DNA from: Macrostomum hystrix
Taxonomy: Eukaryota > Animalia > Platyhelminthes
Assembly (NCBI GenBank): GCA_950097015.1
Contig: CATNEN010000039.1
Location: 7,378,001-7,442,000 of the forward strand
DNA length: 64,000 nucleotides
Direction of reading: 5' to 3'
Part shown: positions 1-12,731 of the stretch, one piece after another
Position numbering within the stretch: position 1 is the stretch's first letter
Layout: every line of letters starts with the position of its first letter
Made by a program: the position numbers and the translations under genes
Notes under the pieces: model-generated
The model's database searches: none
The model's input: the letters and a program-made list of their open reading frames with translations, nothing else
Told to the model about the DNA's origin: nothing

Positions 1-1
1 G

Positions 2-109
2 GAGGAGGCCGGCAGCGGCGCCACCTTCTCGTTGCAGAGCGGCCGGCTGACTTCAACCGAGCTCACCTACAAGTACAAGATGCAGGTGAATGGCGGTCCC
101 GGGCTGTGA
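2..109 (+). CDS. 3' part of a coding exon of an unidentified upstream gene (EEAGSGATFSLQSGRLTSTELTYKYKMQ...), truncated by the window edge
   Basis: GC-rich open frame from base 2 with C/G-ending codons, followed by an abrupt switch to AT-rich sequence. It ends either at donor CAG|GTGAAT (85/86) or at TGA 107-109. No family recognised. Confidence 0.4.
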   Translation, partial: EEAGSGATFSLQSGRLTSTELTYKYKMQVNGGPGL

Positions 110-269
110 CCCCTGAGCCACGGACTTAAATTGGCATAAGACTCTTTGGTAATAGCACTCTCCTGTGTGTTTAGTTTTTACTTCAAGTCTTGCTGCAATC
201 ACTGCAAATGTCTAGTTCAGAGGCACTGTCTGGTTGCAATCATGTAACCACTGTAGCAGCCTAGTTGCA

Positions 270-955
270 GTCACTATGACAGTCAGGTTGTCAGTCTGGT
301 TGCACTCACTGTGACAGTCAGGTTGTCAGTCTGGTTGCGATCACTGTGACAGTCAGGTTTCAATCACTGTGACAGTCAGGTTTCAATCACTGTGACAGTC
401 AGGTTTCAATCACTGTGACAGTCAGGTTGCAATCACTGTGACAGTCTGGTTTCAATCACTGTGACAGTCAGGTTGCAATCACTGTGACAGTCAGGTTTCA
501 ATCACTGTGACAGTCAGGTTGCAATCACTGTGACAGTCAGGTTTCAATCACTGTGACAAGCTGGTTGCAATCACTGTGACAGTCAGGTTGCAATCACTGT
601 GACAGTCAGGTTTCAATCACTGTGACAGTCAGGTTTCAATCACTGTGACAGTCAGGTTTCAATCACTGTGACAGTCAGGTTGCAATCACTGTGACAGTCA
701 GGTTGTCAGTCTGGTTGCGATCATTGTGACAGTCAGGTTGCAATCACTGTGACAGTCAGGTTTCAATCACTGTGACAGTCTGGTTGCAATCACTGTGACA
801 GTCAGGTTGCAATCACTGTGACAGTCAGGTTGCAATCACTGTGACAGTCTGGTTGCAATCACTGTGACAGTCAGGTTGCAATCACTGTGACAAGCTGGTT
901 GCAATCACTGTGACAGTCAGGTTGCAATCACTGTGACAAGCTGGTTGCAATCACT
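270..955. repeat. 23-bp minisatellite (gtcaggttgcaatcactgtgaca)n, about 30 copies
   Basis: Directly visible tandem unit with ttgc/tttc variants; degenerate units from about 186. Confidence 0.95.
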
Positions 956-1436
956 AATTTATTGCTGGTTTGTTGTGTTTGTTCGAGTGAAGCTTTATTC
1001 AATTACCTTTTTTTATTTAAGTGCCTCCGAAGCAGATTTATTTCCACATGGTGACATTTTCAAATTCATTTACCGGAAGGGCTGCAAAGTAGGTTTTGCG
1101 TGCACTTTTCTGATTATCTGTTTAGAAGTTGATGTTCTAGTTTTGGTTTCCGTGTCCTCTTTGCTTCTATTTTTACCTGGTCGCCTTTTTTCTTGCTTAT
1201 CAGAACAAAACTCTACAAATATTTGCAGCTGAATTCTTTTCACAAAGTGTTTTGTTTAAAAAATGTTTCTTTAGTAACTAACAAAAAATGAAATTTAAAA
1301 CACAAAATGTCACGTCGTATTAAGCACCAATGAAGGTTTAGATTGATTGCTCGTATTATACCTAGCCGAGTTGGACCATATGTTCAGTCAGCTCCAAAAA
1401 CAGCTGTTCAGTCCATGGACAGTTAGTTTTTATTTC

Positions 1437-2408
1437 AAGTCTGGTTGCAATCACAGTAACAGTCAGGTTGCAATCACAGTAACAGTCAGGTTGCAATCAC
1501 AGTAACAGTCAGGTTGCAATCACAGTGACAGTCAGGTTTCAATCACTGTGACAGTCAGGTTGCAATCACAGTAACAGTCAGGTTGCACTCACTGTGACAG
1601 TCTGGTTGCAATCACAGTAACAGTCAGGTTGCAATCACAGTGACAGTCAGGTTTCAATCACTGTGACAGTCAGGTTGCAATCACAGTAACAGTCAGGTTG
1701 CACTCACTGTGACAGTCTGGTTGCAATCACAGTAACAGTCAGGTTGCAATCACAGTGACAGTCAGGTTTCAATCACTGTGACAGTCAGGTTGCAATCACT
1801 GTGACAGTCAGGTTGCAATCACTGTGACAGTCAGGTTGCAATCACTGTGACAGTCAGGTTGCAATCACAGTAACAGTCAGGTTGCAATCACAGTAACAGT
1901 CAGGTTGCAATCACAGTAACAGTCAGGTTGCAATCACTGTGACAGTCAGGTTGCAATCACTGTGACAGTCAGGTTGCAATCACTGTGACAGTCAGGTTGC
2001 AATCACTGTGACAGTCAGGTTTCAATCACTGTGACAGTCATGTTGCAATCACTGTGACAGTCAGGTTTCAATCACTGTGACAGTCAGGTTTCAATCACTG
2101 TGACAGTCAGGTTTCAATCACTGTGACAGTCAGGTTTCAATCACTGTGACAGTCAGGTTTCAATCACTGTGACAGTCAGGTTTCAATCACTGTGACAGTC
2201 AGGTTGCAATCACTGTGACAGTCAGGTTTCAATCACTGTGACAGTCATGTTGCAATCACTGTGACAGTCAGGTTTCAATCACTGTGACAGTCAGGTTTCA
2301 ATCACTGTGACAGTCAGGTTTCAATCACTGTGACAGTCAGGTTTCAATCACTGTGACAGTCAGGTTTCAATCACTGTGACAGTCAGGTTTCAATCACTGA
2401 CAGTCTGG
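1437..2408. repeat. Second array of the same 23-bp minisatellite, about 42 copies
   Basis: Same unit as 270-955, with an extra cacagtaaca variant. Confidence 0.95.
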
Positions 2409-3049
2409 TGGGCAAACACGCACACAGCAGGTAATCTCATAGGAGCCAAGAATTCTTTGTAATTCACTTATTTGATGGCGAGAACTTTCCTCACTCGTCA
2501 GGTAGCAGTGCAAAGATATCCAGAATTTTCTCACCATGAGGTACTTTTTCATGTCCTAAAATGCCTTGTTTTTTATTTTTTTTCTTCAAGTATAAATTAT
2601 TACCTGAAAGGTCCCATTATTACCTGAGCGTTCTAAAAGTTGGTATGCTTCTTCAGTGTCTGAACCCTTAAAAAAAGATATTGTCAATTTTTTTTAGATT
2701 TATCCTAAAGTAGTCGAAAAAGTTTGTCTCGCTTTTCTGTGATCACAAAATGTTCATTTTGTCAGCGTGTTTGAAAATAAAGGTACGCTTGGCTTCGGAT
2801 AGCATTACGCATTCAACTGGGATGGTAGATTTTTCATCGATGTGTTCGGCAGAAATTCTTTGCTTACTACTTTAAGTATTGGTATTGGAAACCGCTTTTT
2901 GTATTCTTTTTTTGTGCGAAACTAATCTCTAAAATAGTTAATTTCTTAGCGACATTTGGCTACACATTGCATCTACAGAATCAAAGCTTTCTTAAATCAT
3001 AAAAATACATTTACTAAAGAATCGCAGCAAGAATCGAAGCTACAAGTAC

Positions 3050-4378
3050 ATAATCCAGCAGGAATCGAAGCTACATAATCCAGCAGAAATCAAAGACACA
3101 TAATCCAGCAGGAATCGGAGCTACATAATCCAGCAGGAATCGAAGCTACATAATCCAGCAGAAATCAAAGACACAAAATCCAGCAGGAATCGAAGCAACA
3201 TAATCCAGCAGGAATCAAAGACACATTATCCAGCAGGAATCAAAGACACATAATCCAGCAGGAATCGAAGCTACATAATCCAGCAGGAATCAAAGACACA
3301 TAATCCAGCAGGAATCAAAGACACATAATCCAGCAGGAATCAAAGACACATAATCCAGCAGGAATCGAAGCTACGAGTACATAATCCAGAAGGAATCGAA
3401 GCTACATAATCCAGCAGGAATCGAAGCTACGAGTACATAATCCAGAAGGAATCGAAGCTACATAATCCAGCAGGAATCGAAGCCACATAATCCAGAAGGA
3501 ATCGAAGCTACATAATCCAGCAGGAATCGAAGCTACATAATCCAGAAGGAATCGAAGCTACATAATCCAGAAGGAATCGAAGCTACATAATCCAGAAGGA
3601 ATCGAAGCCACATAATCCAGCAGGAATCGAAGCTACATAATCCAGCAGGAGTCGGAGCTACATAATCCGGAAGGAATCGAAGCTACATAATCCAGCAGGA
3701 ATCGAAGCTACATAATACAGAAGGAATCGAAGCTACGTAATCCAGAAGGAATCGAAGCTACATAATCCAGCAGGAATCGAAGCTACGAGTACATAATCCA
3801 GCAGGAATCGAAGCTACATAATCCAGCAGGAATCGAAGCTACATAATCCAGAAGGAATCGAAGCTACATAATCCAGAAGGAATCGAAGCTACATAATCCA
3901 GAAGGAATCGAAGCCACATAATCCAGCAGGAATCGAAGCTACATAATCCAGAAGGAATCGGAGCTACATAATCCAGAAGGAATCGAAGCTACATAATCCA
4001 GCAGGAATCGAAGCTACATAATACAGAAGGAATCGAAGCTACATAATCCAGAAGGAATCGAAGCTACATAATCCAGCAGGAATCGAAGCTACATAATCCA
4101 GCAGGAATCGAAGCTACGAGTACATAATCCAGAAGGAATCGAAGCCACATAATCCAGAAGGAATCGAAGCTACATAATCCAGAAGGAATCGAAGCCACAT
4201 AATCCAGAAGGAATCGAAGCTACATAATCCAGCAGGAATCGAAGCTACATAATCCAGAAGGAATCGAAGCCACATAATCCAGAAGGAATCGAAGCTACAT
4301 AATCCAGCAGGAATCGAAGCTACATAATCTAGAAGGAATCGAAGCTAAATAATCCAGAAGGAATCGAAGCTACATAAA
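3050..4378. repeat. 25-bp minisatellite (acataatccagcaggaatcgaagct)n, about 52 copies
   Basis: Directly visible. Some units carry a 6-bp acgagt insert. A remnant unit reappears at about 4698-4722, beyond the SINE. Confidence 0.95.
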
Positions 4379-4393
4379 CACAGGCTAGGCTAT

Positions 4394-4690
4394 GGGATTG
4401 TAGCCTAGTGGTTTGAGAGTCGGAATCACGACTTGAAGGTCGGGTGTTCGATTCCTGACTCCACTGGAACAGTTTGTGTCCTTTAGCCAGACATTTGAAA
4501 TGTACATTGCTTCAGTTCACTCAGCTGTTAAATGGGTACCAGCATCAGCTGGGGCAATTGAAGGTCGGTGTGGCACCCCCAGTCCATGGACTGAACAGCC
4601 GTACGCAGCCTTCAGATGCGCCGAGCATTAGCTGCGGCTGGGCTGTCGGCTGCACATCTGGCCCAATTGGGGCTGGTGTGATCAATAAAA
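4394..4690 (+). mobile_element. tRNA-derived SINE, family A, copy 1
   Basis: Pol III A box (tagcctagtgg) and B box (gttcgattcc), then a CORE-like segment (gtgtcctttagc...gcttcagttcactcagctgttaaatgggtacc). A diverged inverted copy lies at about 58261-58510. Confidence 0.8.
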
Positions 4691-5659
4691 TTAATGGACA
4701 CAGCAGGAATCGAAGCAACACAGTCACAGCCTGGAATCGCAGGAAAGGAATTTGTTGAACTATTGAGTGTGCAATTCGTCTATTATGTGCAAAGACACAA
4801 AAGAATGTCAAAGTCATGACATACTCTGTGCCAGCATAATCTGCCGCAACTCAAAGGGGAAGCGGGTAGAAAATTTTAGAACTACTCGCAGAGCACAGTT
4901 TGCGCAGCTTCAATTAACTAGAATCAAGAAGAAATTAAATCTAAGCTGCAGTACGAGAGATACACCTGATGCAGGGCTACCTTTAGCTTAAGCACGTGGC
5001 CTCACCGCCTGAGGCAAGGCGCATTTTTTAACACAGCTCCTCATTCATTGAATTAAACTTCATTTCATTCATTCGTTTATCATTTGCACCGCAGAATGCA
5101 GTTGTGCCCTCTCCAAAATGCAAACAGTGCACAATGATACGCGCGGGGCCTTTAAATTGTATTGTCGTAGATTTTTATTTAATTATTCGCGATGACAAAT
5201 TATCAAAAGCCTTTGAATGGACATTTCGGTTGGAATTGTGTGGGGCACAATAGCACTATTCTCTTCCTAATGGGTTTTGTTGCTGGGGTCTCAGCGCCTA
5301 GCTCCCACACCCACACATTCAGTCAACAGCTAACCAGCCTGCCTTCAAGTTGTTTTCTATCCACTTGTGAATCTTCAGTTTTTGTTGCTTTGCTTTTCTA
5401 CTTTTTCTGACCTCTGTGAATGCTGAGTTATTGTGATGCCACTTACAACCCCCGTCTTGTCTTCTGCCTCACACCACCTGCTGTGCGCGTGCCAAAGATT
5501 AGCAACTCCATGTAGAATAGAGCAGGTGGGCGAGTCTCTTGGAACTGCCATGGTTCGAATCTTTTTTATTGGTCACATATGCACAAATGCGTTTCTAAAT
5601 TAGTACAACTATATGTCCACAAATAGCTATTGTTCTAGAATCTCGTTTATACAGTCTGG

Positions 5660-8600
5660 TGGAGTGTGTTCTCAGTGTCTGTTGGTGCGTGTTCTCAGTG
5701 TCTGTTGGTGAGTGTTCTCAGTGTCTGTTGGTGAGTGTTCTCAGTTTGTATTGGTGAGTGTTCTCAGTGTCTGTTGGTGCGTGTTCTCAGTGTCTGTTGG
5801 TGAGTGTTCTCAGTGTCTGTTGGTGAGTGTTCTCAGTGTCTGTTGGTGCGTGTTCTCAGTTTGTATTGGTGAGTGTTCTCAGTGTCTGTTGGTGAGTGTT
5901 CTCAGTGTCTGTTGGTGAGTGTCCTCAGTGTCTGTTGGTGAGTGTTCTCAGTGTCTGTTGGTGAGTGTCCTCAGTGTCTGTTGGTGAGTGTTCTCAGTGT
6001 CTGTTGGTGAGTGTTCTCAGTGTCTGTTGGTGAGTGTCCTCAGTGTCTGTTGGTGAGTGTTCTCAGTGTCTGTTGGTGAGTGTTCTCAGTGTCTGTTGGT
6101 GAGTGTTCTCAGTGTCTGTTGGTGAGTGTTCTCAGTGTCTGTTGGTGAGTGTTCTCAGTGTCTGTTGGTGAGTGTTCTCAGTGTCTGTTAGTGAGTGTTC
6201 TCAGTGTCTGTTGGTGAGTGTCCTCAGTGTCTGTTGGTGAGTGTTCTCAGTGTCTGTTGGTGAGTGTTCTCAGTGTCTGTTGGTGAGTGTTCTCAGTGTC
6301 TGTTGGTGAGTGTTCTCAGTGTCTGTTAGTGAGTGTTCTCAGTGTCTGTTGGTGAGTGTTCTCAGTGTCTGTTGGTGAGTGTCCTCAGTGTCTGTTAGTG
6401 AGTGTTCTCAGTGTCTGTTGGTGAGTGTTCTCAGTGTCTGTTGGTGAGTGTTCTCAGTGTCTGTTGGTGAGTGTTCTCAGTGTCTGTTGGTGAGTGTTCT
6501 CAGTGTCTGTTGGTGAGTGTTCTCAGTGTCTGTTGGTGAGTGTTCTCAGTGTCTGTTGGTGAGTGTTCTCAGTGTCTGTTAGTGAGTGTTCTCAGTGTCT
6601 GTTGGTGAGTGTTCTCAGTGTCTGTTGGTGAGTGTTCTCAGTGTCTGTTGGTGAGTGTTCTCAGTTTGTATTGGTGAGTGTTCTCAGTTTGTATTGGTGA
6701 GTGTCCTCAGTTTGTATTGGTGAGTGTCCTCAGTTTGTATTGGTGAGTGTCCTCAGTTTGTATTGGTGAGTGTCCTCAGTTTGTATTGGTGAGTGTCCTC
6801 AGTTTGTATTGGTGAGTGTCCTCAGTTTGTATTGGTGAGTGTCCTCAGTTTGTATTGGTGAGTGTCCTCAGTTTGTATTGGTGAGTGTCCTCAGTTTGTA
6901 TTGGTGAGTGTCCTCAGTTTGTATTGGTGAGTGTCCTCAGTTTGTATTGGTGAGTGTCCTCAGTTTGTATTGGTGAGTGTTCTCAGTTTGTATTGGTGAG
7001 TGTTCTCAGTTTGTATTGGTGAGTGTCCTCAGTTTGTATTGGTGAGTGTCCTCAGTTTGTATTGGTGAGTGTCCTCAGTTTGTATTGGTGAGTGTCCTCA
7101 GTTTGTATTGGTGAGTGTCCTCAGTTTGTATTGGTGAGTGTCCTCAGTTTGTATTGGTGAGTGTCCTCAGTTTGTATTGGTGAGTGTCCTCAGTTTGTAT
7201 TGGTGAGTGTCCTCAGTTTGTATTGGTGAGTGTCCTCAGTTTGTATTGGTGAGTGTCCTCAGTTTGTATTGGTGAGTGTCCTCAGTTTGTATTGGTGAGT
7301 GTCCTCAGTTTGTATTGGTGAGTGTCCTCAGTTTGTATTGGTGAGTGTCCTCAGTTTGTATTGGTGAGTGTCCTCAGTTTGTATTGGTGAGTGTCCTCAG
7401 TTTGTATTGGTGAGTGTCCTCAGTTTGTATTGGTGAGTGTCCTCAGTTTGTATTGGTGAGTGTCCTCAGTTTGTATTGGTGAGTGTCCTCAGTTTGTATT
7501 GGTGAGTGTCCTCAGTTTGTATTGGTGAGTGTCCTCAGTTTGTATTGGTGAGTGTCCTCAGTTTGTATTGGTGAGTGTCCTCAGTTTGTATTGGTGAGTG
7601 TCCTCAGTTTGTATTGGTGAGTGTTCTCAGTTTGTATTGGTGAGTGTTCTCAGTTTGTATTGGTGAGTGTCCTCAGTTTGTATTGGTGAGTGTCCTCAGT
7701 TTGTATTGGTGAGTGTCCTCAGTTTGTATTGGTGAGTGTCCTCAGTTTGTATTGGTGAGTGTCCTCAGTTTGTATTGGTGAGTGTCCTCAGTTTGTATTG
7801 GTGAGTGTCCTCAGTTTGTATTGGTGAGTGTTCTCAGTTTGTATTGGTGAGTGTCCTCAGTTTGTATTGGTGAGTGTCCTCAGTTTGTATTGGTGAGTGT
7901 CCTCAGTTTGTATTGGTGAGTGTCCTCAGTTTGTATTGGTGAGTGTCCTCAGTTTGTATTGGTGAGTGTCCTCAGTTTGTATTGGTGAGTGTCCTCAGTT
8001 TGTATTGGTGAGTGTCCTCAGTTTGTATTGGTGAGTGTCCTCAGTTTGTATTGGTGAGTGTCCTCAGTTTGTATTGGTGAGTGTCCTCAGTTTGTATTGG
8101 TGAGTGTCCTCAGTTTGTATTGGTGAGTGTCCTCAGTTTGTATTGGTGAGTGTCCTCAGTTTGTATTGGTGAGTGTTCTCAGTTTGTATTGGTGAGTGTT
8201 CTCAGTTTGTATTGGTGAGTGTCCTCAGTTTGTATTGGTGAGTGTCCTCAGTTTGTATTGGTGAGTGTCCTCAGTTTGTATTGGTGAGTGTCCTCAGTTT
8301 GTATTGGTGAGTGTCCTCAGTTTGTATTGGTGAGTGTCCTCAGTTTGTATTGGTGAGTGTCCTCAGTTTGTATTGGTGAGTGTCCTCAGTTTGTATTGGT
8401 GAGTGTCCTCAGTTTGTATTGGTGAGTGTCCTCAGTTTGTATTGGTGAGTGTTCTCAGTTTGTATTGGTGAGTGTCCTCAGTTTGTATTGGTGAGTGTCC
8501 TCAGTTTGTATTGGTGAGTGTTCTCAGTTTGTATTGGTGAGTGTCCTCAGTTTGTATTGGTGAGTGTCCTCAGTTTGTATTGGTGAGTGTCCTCAGTTTG

Positions 8601-9545
8601 TATTGGTGAGTGTTCTCAGTTTGTATTGGTGAGTGTTCTCAGTTTGTATTGGTGAGTGTTCTCAGTTTGTATTGGTGAGTGTCCTCAGTTTGTATTGGTG
8701 AGTGTCCTCAGTTTGTATTGGTGAGTGTCCTCAGTTTGTATTGGTGAGTGTCCTCAGTTTGTATTGGTGAGTGTCCTCAGTTTGTATTGGTGAGTGTCCT
8801 CAGTTTGTATTGGTGAGTGTCCTCAGTTTGTATTGGTCAGTGTCCTCAGTTTGTATTGGTGAGTGTCCTCAGTTTGTATTGGTGAGTGTTCTCAGTTTGT
8901 ATTGGTGAGTGTCCTCAGTTTGTATTGGTGAGTGTCCTCAGTTTGTATTGGTGAGTGTCCTCAGTTTGTATTGGTGAGTGTCCTCAGTTTGTATTGGTGA
9001 GTGTCCTCAGTTTGTATTGGTGAGTGTCCTCAGTTTGTATTGGTGAGTGTCCTCAGTTTGTATTGGTGAGTGTCCTCAGTTTGTATTGGTGAGTGTTCTC
9101 AGTTTGTATTGGTGAGTGTCCTCAGTTTGTATTGGTGAGTGTCCTCAGTTTGTATTGGTGAGTGTCCTCAGTTTGTATTGGTGAGTGTCCTCAGTTTGTA
9201 TTGGTGAGTGTCCTCAGTTTGTATTGGTGAGTGTCCTCAGTTTGTATTGGTGAGTGTCCTCAGTTTGTATTGGTGAGTGTCCTCAGTTTGTATTGGTGAG
9301 TGTCCTCAGTTTGTATTGGTGAGTGTCCTCAGTTTGTATTGGTGAGTGTCCTCAGTTTGTATTGGTGAGTGTCCTCAGTTTGTATTGGTGAGTGTCCTCA
9401 GTTTGTATTGGTGAGTGTCCTCAGTTTGTATTGGTGAGTGTCCTCAGTTTGTATTGGTGAGTGTTCTCAGTTTGTATTGGTGAGTGTTCTCAGTTTGTAT
9501 TGGTGAGTGTCCTCAGTTTGTATTGGTGAGTGTCCTCAGTGTCTC
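5660..9545. repeat. 23-bp minisatellite, about 169 copies; variant 1 (gtgagtgttctcagtgtctgttg) up to about 6660, variant 2 (gtgagtgtcctcagtttgtattg) after
   Basis: Directly visible, highly homogeneous 3.9 kb array. Confidence 0.97.
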
Positions 9546-12489
9546 TTGAGCACATTGGTGTGTGTTAGTGGATGTTGGTGTGTTAGTGGATGTTGGTGTG
9601 TTGGTAAGTGTGATGATGTGTGTGTTGGTGCCTTGTGTGCATGATGCTATTTGATATTTTTTAGGTCTCGAACTTACAGCTAGAACTAAATGTACGGCTC
9701 GTATTTATTTGTCTTGTCTTTTTCTGGCTAAATCTTCGCGAAACACGCAGCAAGACTTCGCCATTTAACTAGATATTCTGCACAATGGACTGGCTTGAGA
9801 AGGCAAAGCTCATCTAGCATTGTAGGCTGGTTGGCTATTAATCACAGTAAACAAACGCCTGAGTGTGGCACACAAAACAAAAGCTGAGTCGGTCTTTGAT
9901 AAGGCTTGAAGAAGAAAGAAAATAGAAAAATATTGACGATGGTTTTAAGAATATGAACTTAAAGAGAATGTAACTGCACTGAGCCGCGAGCGAAGCGATT
10001 CGACGCTCAAAGTAATACCAAACGGCGCAATATACTTTCCATGGGTTATAGTTCCTAATTGCTCCGCAAAATGTCGATAATATGGCTTCTCATATGAGTT
10101 GCACACAAAATAGTTTTTCTGCCACTGATTTCCAACTGATTTGCATAATCAACTACGCATTTAACCAACTTGCCAAGCCTCATATCAGTACAGATTCTGA
10201 TGCGCCATGTCAAATGCATTTTTCGACTCGAATTTGCTATGAAAAAAGGGTCAATTATAAAGTGGCTATGTGGCAATATATTGGAGGTTCAAGAACGCTT
10301 TCTATTGCCAAGGCGGATGTGTGTTTCTACTTTCCAATTAATTGCAGCGAATAAATAGTAGACAGCTTCTCTAGTTTTATTTGTCCCTTCTATTCCCCCT
10401 GATTTCTCTTTCAACAATAATATCCTATATATAGATCCATGATGAAATGGATCGTGAGCTGAAAATGTATGCCTGTACTGGCTGTTTTTGCCACAAGAAA
10501 CACCGACGCGAATCGTTGAATATCTCGACAATGCCGATGCTTTATGATTCTGGAAGTTGTTTCCAATCGAATAGAGTGGAACATTTTAGGCCATGTTCTG
10601 GACTTTCTTGCGATTGGTTGAATATTTACAGAATAGTACAGAAAAAATGAAATATGTGCACTTTTGAAATACCCGGTCTTTCTAGTGTTCGAGGTCTCGA
10701 GGCTAGCGACTTTCTAACCGTAGACTAGTTCTGTGGAAAAGAATGTCCGAGGCTGCAGTTATAAGGCCGAGGCGGTAACTGTGGCTGAGGACTTTCGACC
10801 ACAGACAAAATTTTGGCGGGTATTATAGAATTTAACTTAATGAAAGCAATTAAGGCTCGAGGCGAAGAGTTTTGATCAAGAATTCAAGTCTGCAATGGAC
10901 ATCGTTAAATTCTGCGGAAATACAAATGATTCGTATAATATTGGCCTCGTTTTGAAGCCAGTTATATCGTATAATTATATACCAGTTATATGAAGTTTGG
11001 CCATAGACTTTCAAAATGAGGACATCCTACTGAAAAGAAAAGCTACGTTAACCACCCCACTAATTAGTTGATTTCAGTAGGTTAAAGTCCGAGAATGCAT
11101 GCGTTTAAGTGGCCGAGGCTTACTAAACGATTAAACGGGTTCGGAACGCAGACAGTTTGAACCATAGACAACAGATTCCATACTTAGAAGAAGCCTATTA
11201 ATGGTCCAATAAATAAGCAATCGGATTTTACATTGGTGAGTGTAAAACTTGCGACGTCTCGCAAGTAACAGGGCGTTTTAGAGTGTTGTAGAGGAAGCTA
11301 CACGCGTTTCTGAAGCTCGATTTGAACCATAGACTATGCACTTTGACTCTTCTTAGTGAGTTGCTTTTTCTTCTAGTTAGAGTGTTGCGTTTTAAATGTT
11401 GCTGAGTGTATAAAATAATTGAGGCTCATTCCATCTGGTATCTACGCAATTGAAAGTGCCGCAAAAGACGTCAGTTTAGTGCGCCAAATTTGGCTGCTAT
11501 AGTTTGAGTATAGCAACTCACGCTTGTTGCTTGAGTCTAGCTCTTGTATGCCTTTAGGCGTGACTGTTCTTGCTGAATAGTAGATCACCACACAATGGGC
11601 AGATAAAATGGAAGGCTTGCTCTACGCCCAATTCACCCCAGTATCTATGTGTGTTGTGGGCTTTTATTTGGCTGAATACAATGGCGGCGAGGGGCTTGCA
11701 GATGGCCACAGTGGAGTGTTGAAATGGCGCCACTCAACCAGCTCGTCAACAGCCGCGCACCGCCCATTGCAGACCAACAAACAACTCGAGGCTGTCTTTT
11801 TTTACTCAAAACTTCTCGCAGTGCGCCCAGCCTGAATGAAATGCTGCCGCAACTGCAAACATGAAATGCAAGATGTCTGAGCGGTTGCAGCTTCTTGTGT
11901 GTGGGGTGGCACTCCCCGCCCCTCCTCCACCTTAGGGACAGTATAAAAGGCCGAAAAGTTTCTATTTTGGGAAACTCGTCCGAAAAAGAAAACGAAAAAA
12001 TAAGTGGCAGGCTCTCGTCAGCTAAGGCTGGCTAGTGCACATTATGTCCTTTGTCTGGTCCATGAGTTCGATTAAACTACTCCAAATAGACAAATAAAGC
12101 AAATCTTCACCGAACAACTATTTTGATTGGACTTGATTACGCTCGTAGTTTGATCGGGGCAGTACATTGTTTATAGTTCTGTTAGTTTGGCTGGGTTGAT
12201 CAATATATAATCAAATTGGATTTGACATCAAAGTACATGCAAATAGCGCAGATGGCAGAGGCTCGAGAAACAGCTGCGGTGAAGCCGACTTTTGCTTCCT
12301 TAGCAACACACGTCAGATTTTTATAATCACATATAGTTTCTTAATAATTATTAGCACATGTTAAATTAAGGATATTTCACGATGGCAAAGCGTGCTAAAA
12401 GCATTGAAATCGAGCGTATTGTTCGTGATTCAGCTTAACCTTTGCCGCCAGCCACCCCCATTGCGCCAAAGGCGAGCAGGTAAGACTGG

Positions 12490-12540
12490 CCAATAGGTGA
12501 GTTTGGTGAAGCCTGCATTGTCTGCCAACTATAAATACAG
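12490..12540 (+). promoter_or_regulatory. Putative core promoter of mucin A (CCAAT 12490-12494, TATAAATA 12530-12537)
   Basis: Canonical motifs about 130 bp upstream of the signal-peptide ATG at 12665. Confidence 0.5.
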
Positions 12541-12664
12541 CAGGTAGCCACAAATAGAAAGTGTTCAACTAGTGTTTAATTGAGGCGCCTCATCCGAAAC
12601 AGCCAAGTGGTATTTCAATATCCTGCCTTTGCGTTTGTCACTGTCAGCACCAAGGAGTGCGTTA

Positions 12665-12731
12665 ATGAGGCCAGGCGGAATGAGGCTTCGACGCTTGCTT
12701 CTGCTGCTGTGGATTGCATGCTTCATCTGGG
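12665..12731 (+). CDS. Mucin A exon 1 (signal peptide)
   Basis: Basic n-region and Leu-rich h-region. Phase-1 donor G|GTGAGA joins acceptor AAG|GC at 13000 (CTAAC branch-like motifs at about 12967-12975) in frame with the 3347-aa ORF. Confidence 0.75.

Noticed and set aside
4394-4470. tRNA-like sequences at SINE heads (also 35420-35490, 57865-57935 and 58440-58510)
   Set aside because: A and B boxes are present, but I cannot build a complete cloverleaf and each continues into a shared SINE body.
270-9545. Regular 23-25 bp repeats resembling CRISPR arrays
   Set aside because: Head-to-tail units with no unique spacers, no cas genes, and a eukaryotic intron-containing context.
9660-12400. Short ORFs and gaggc-rich motifs upstream of mucin A
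   Set aside because: No recognisable domain, coherent exon chain or TIR pair; possibly decayed TE sequence, but unsupported.
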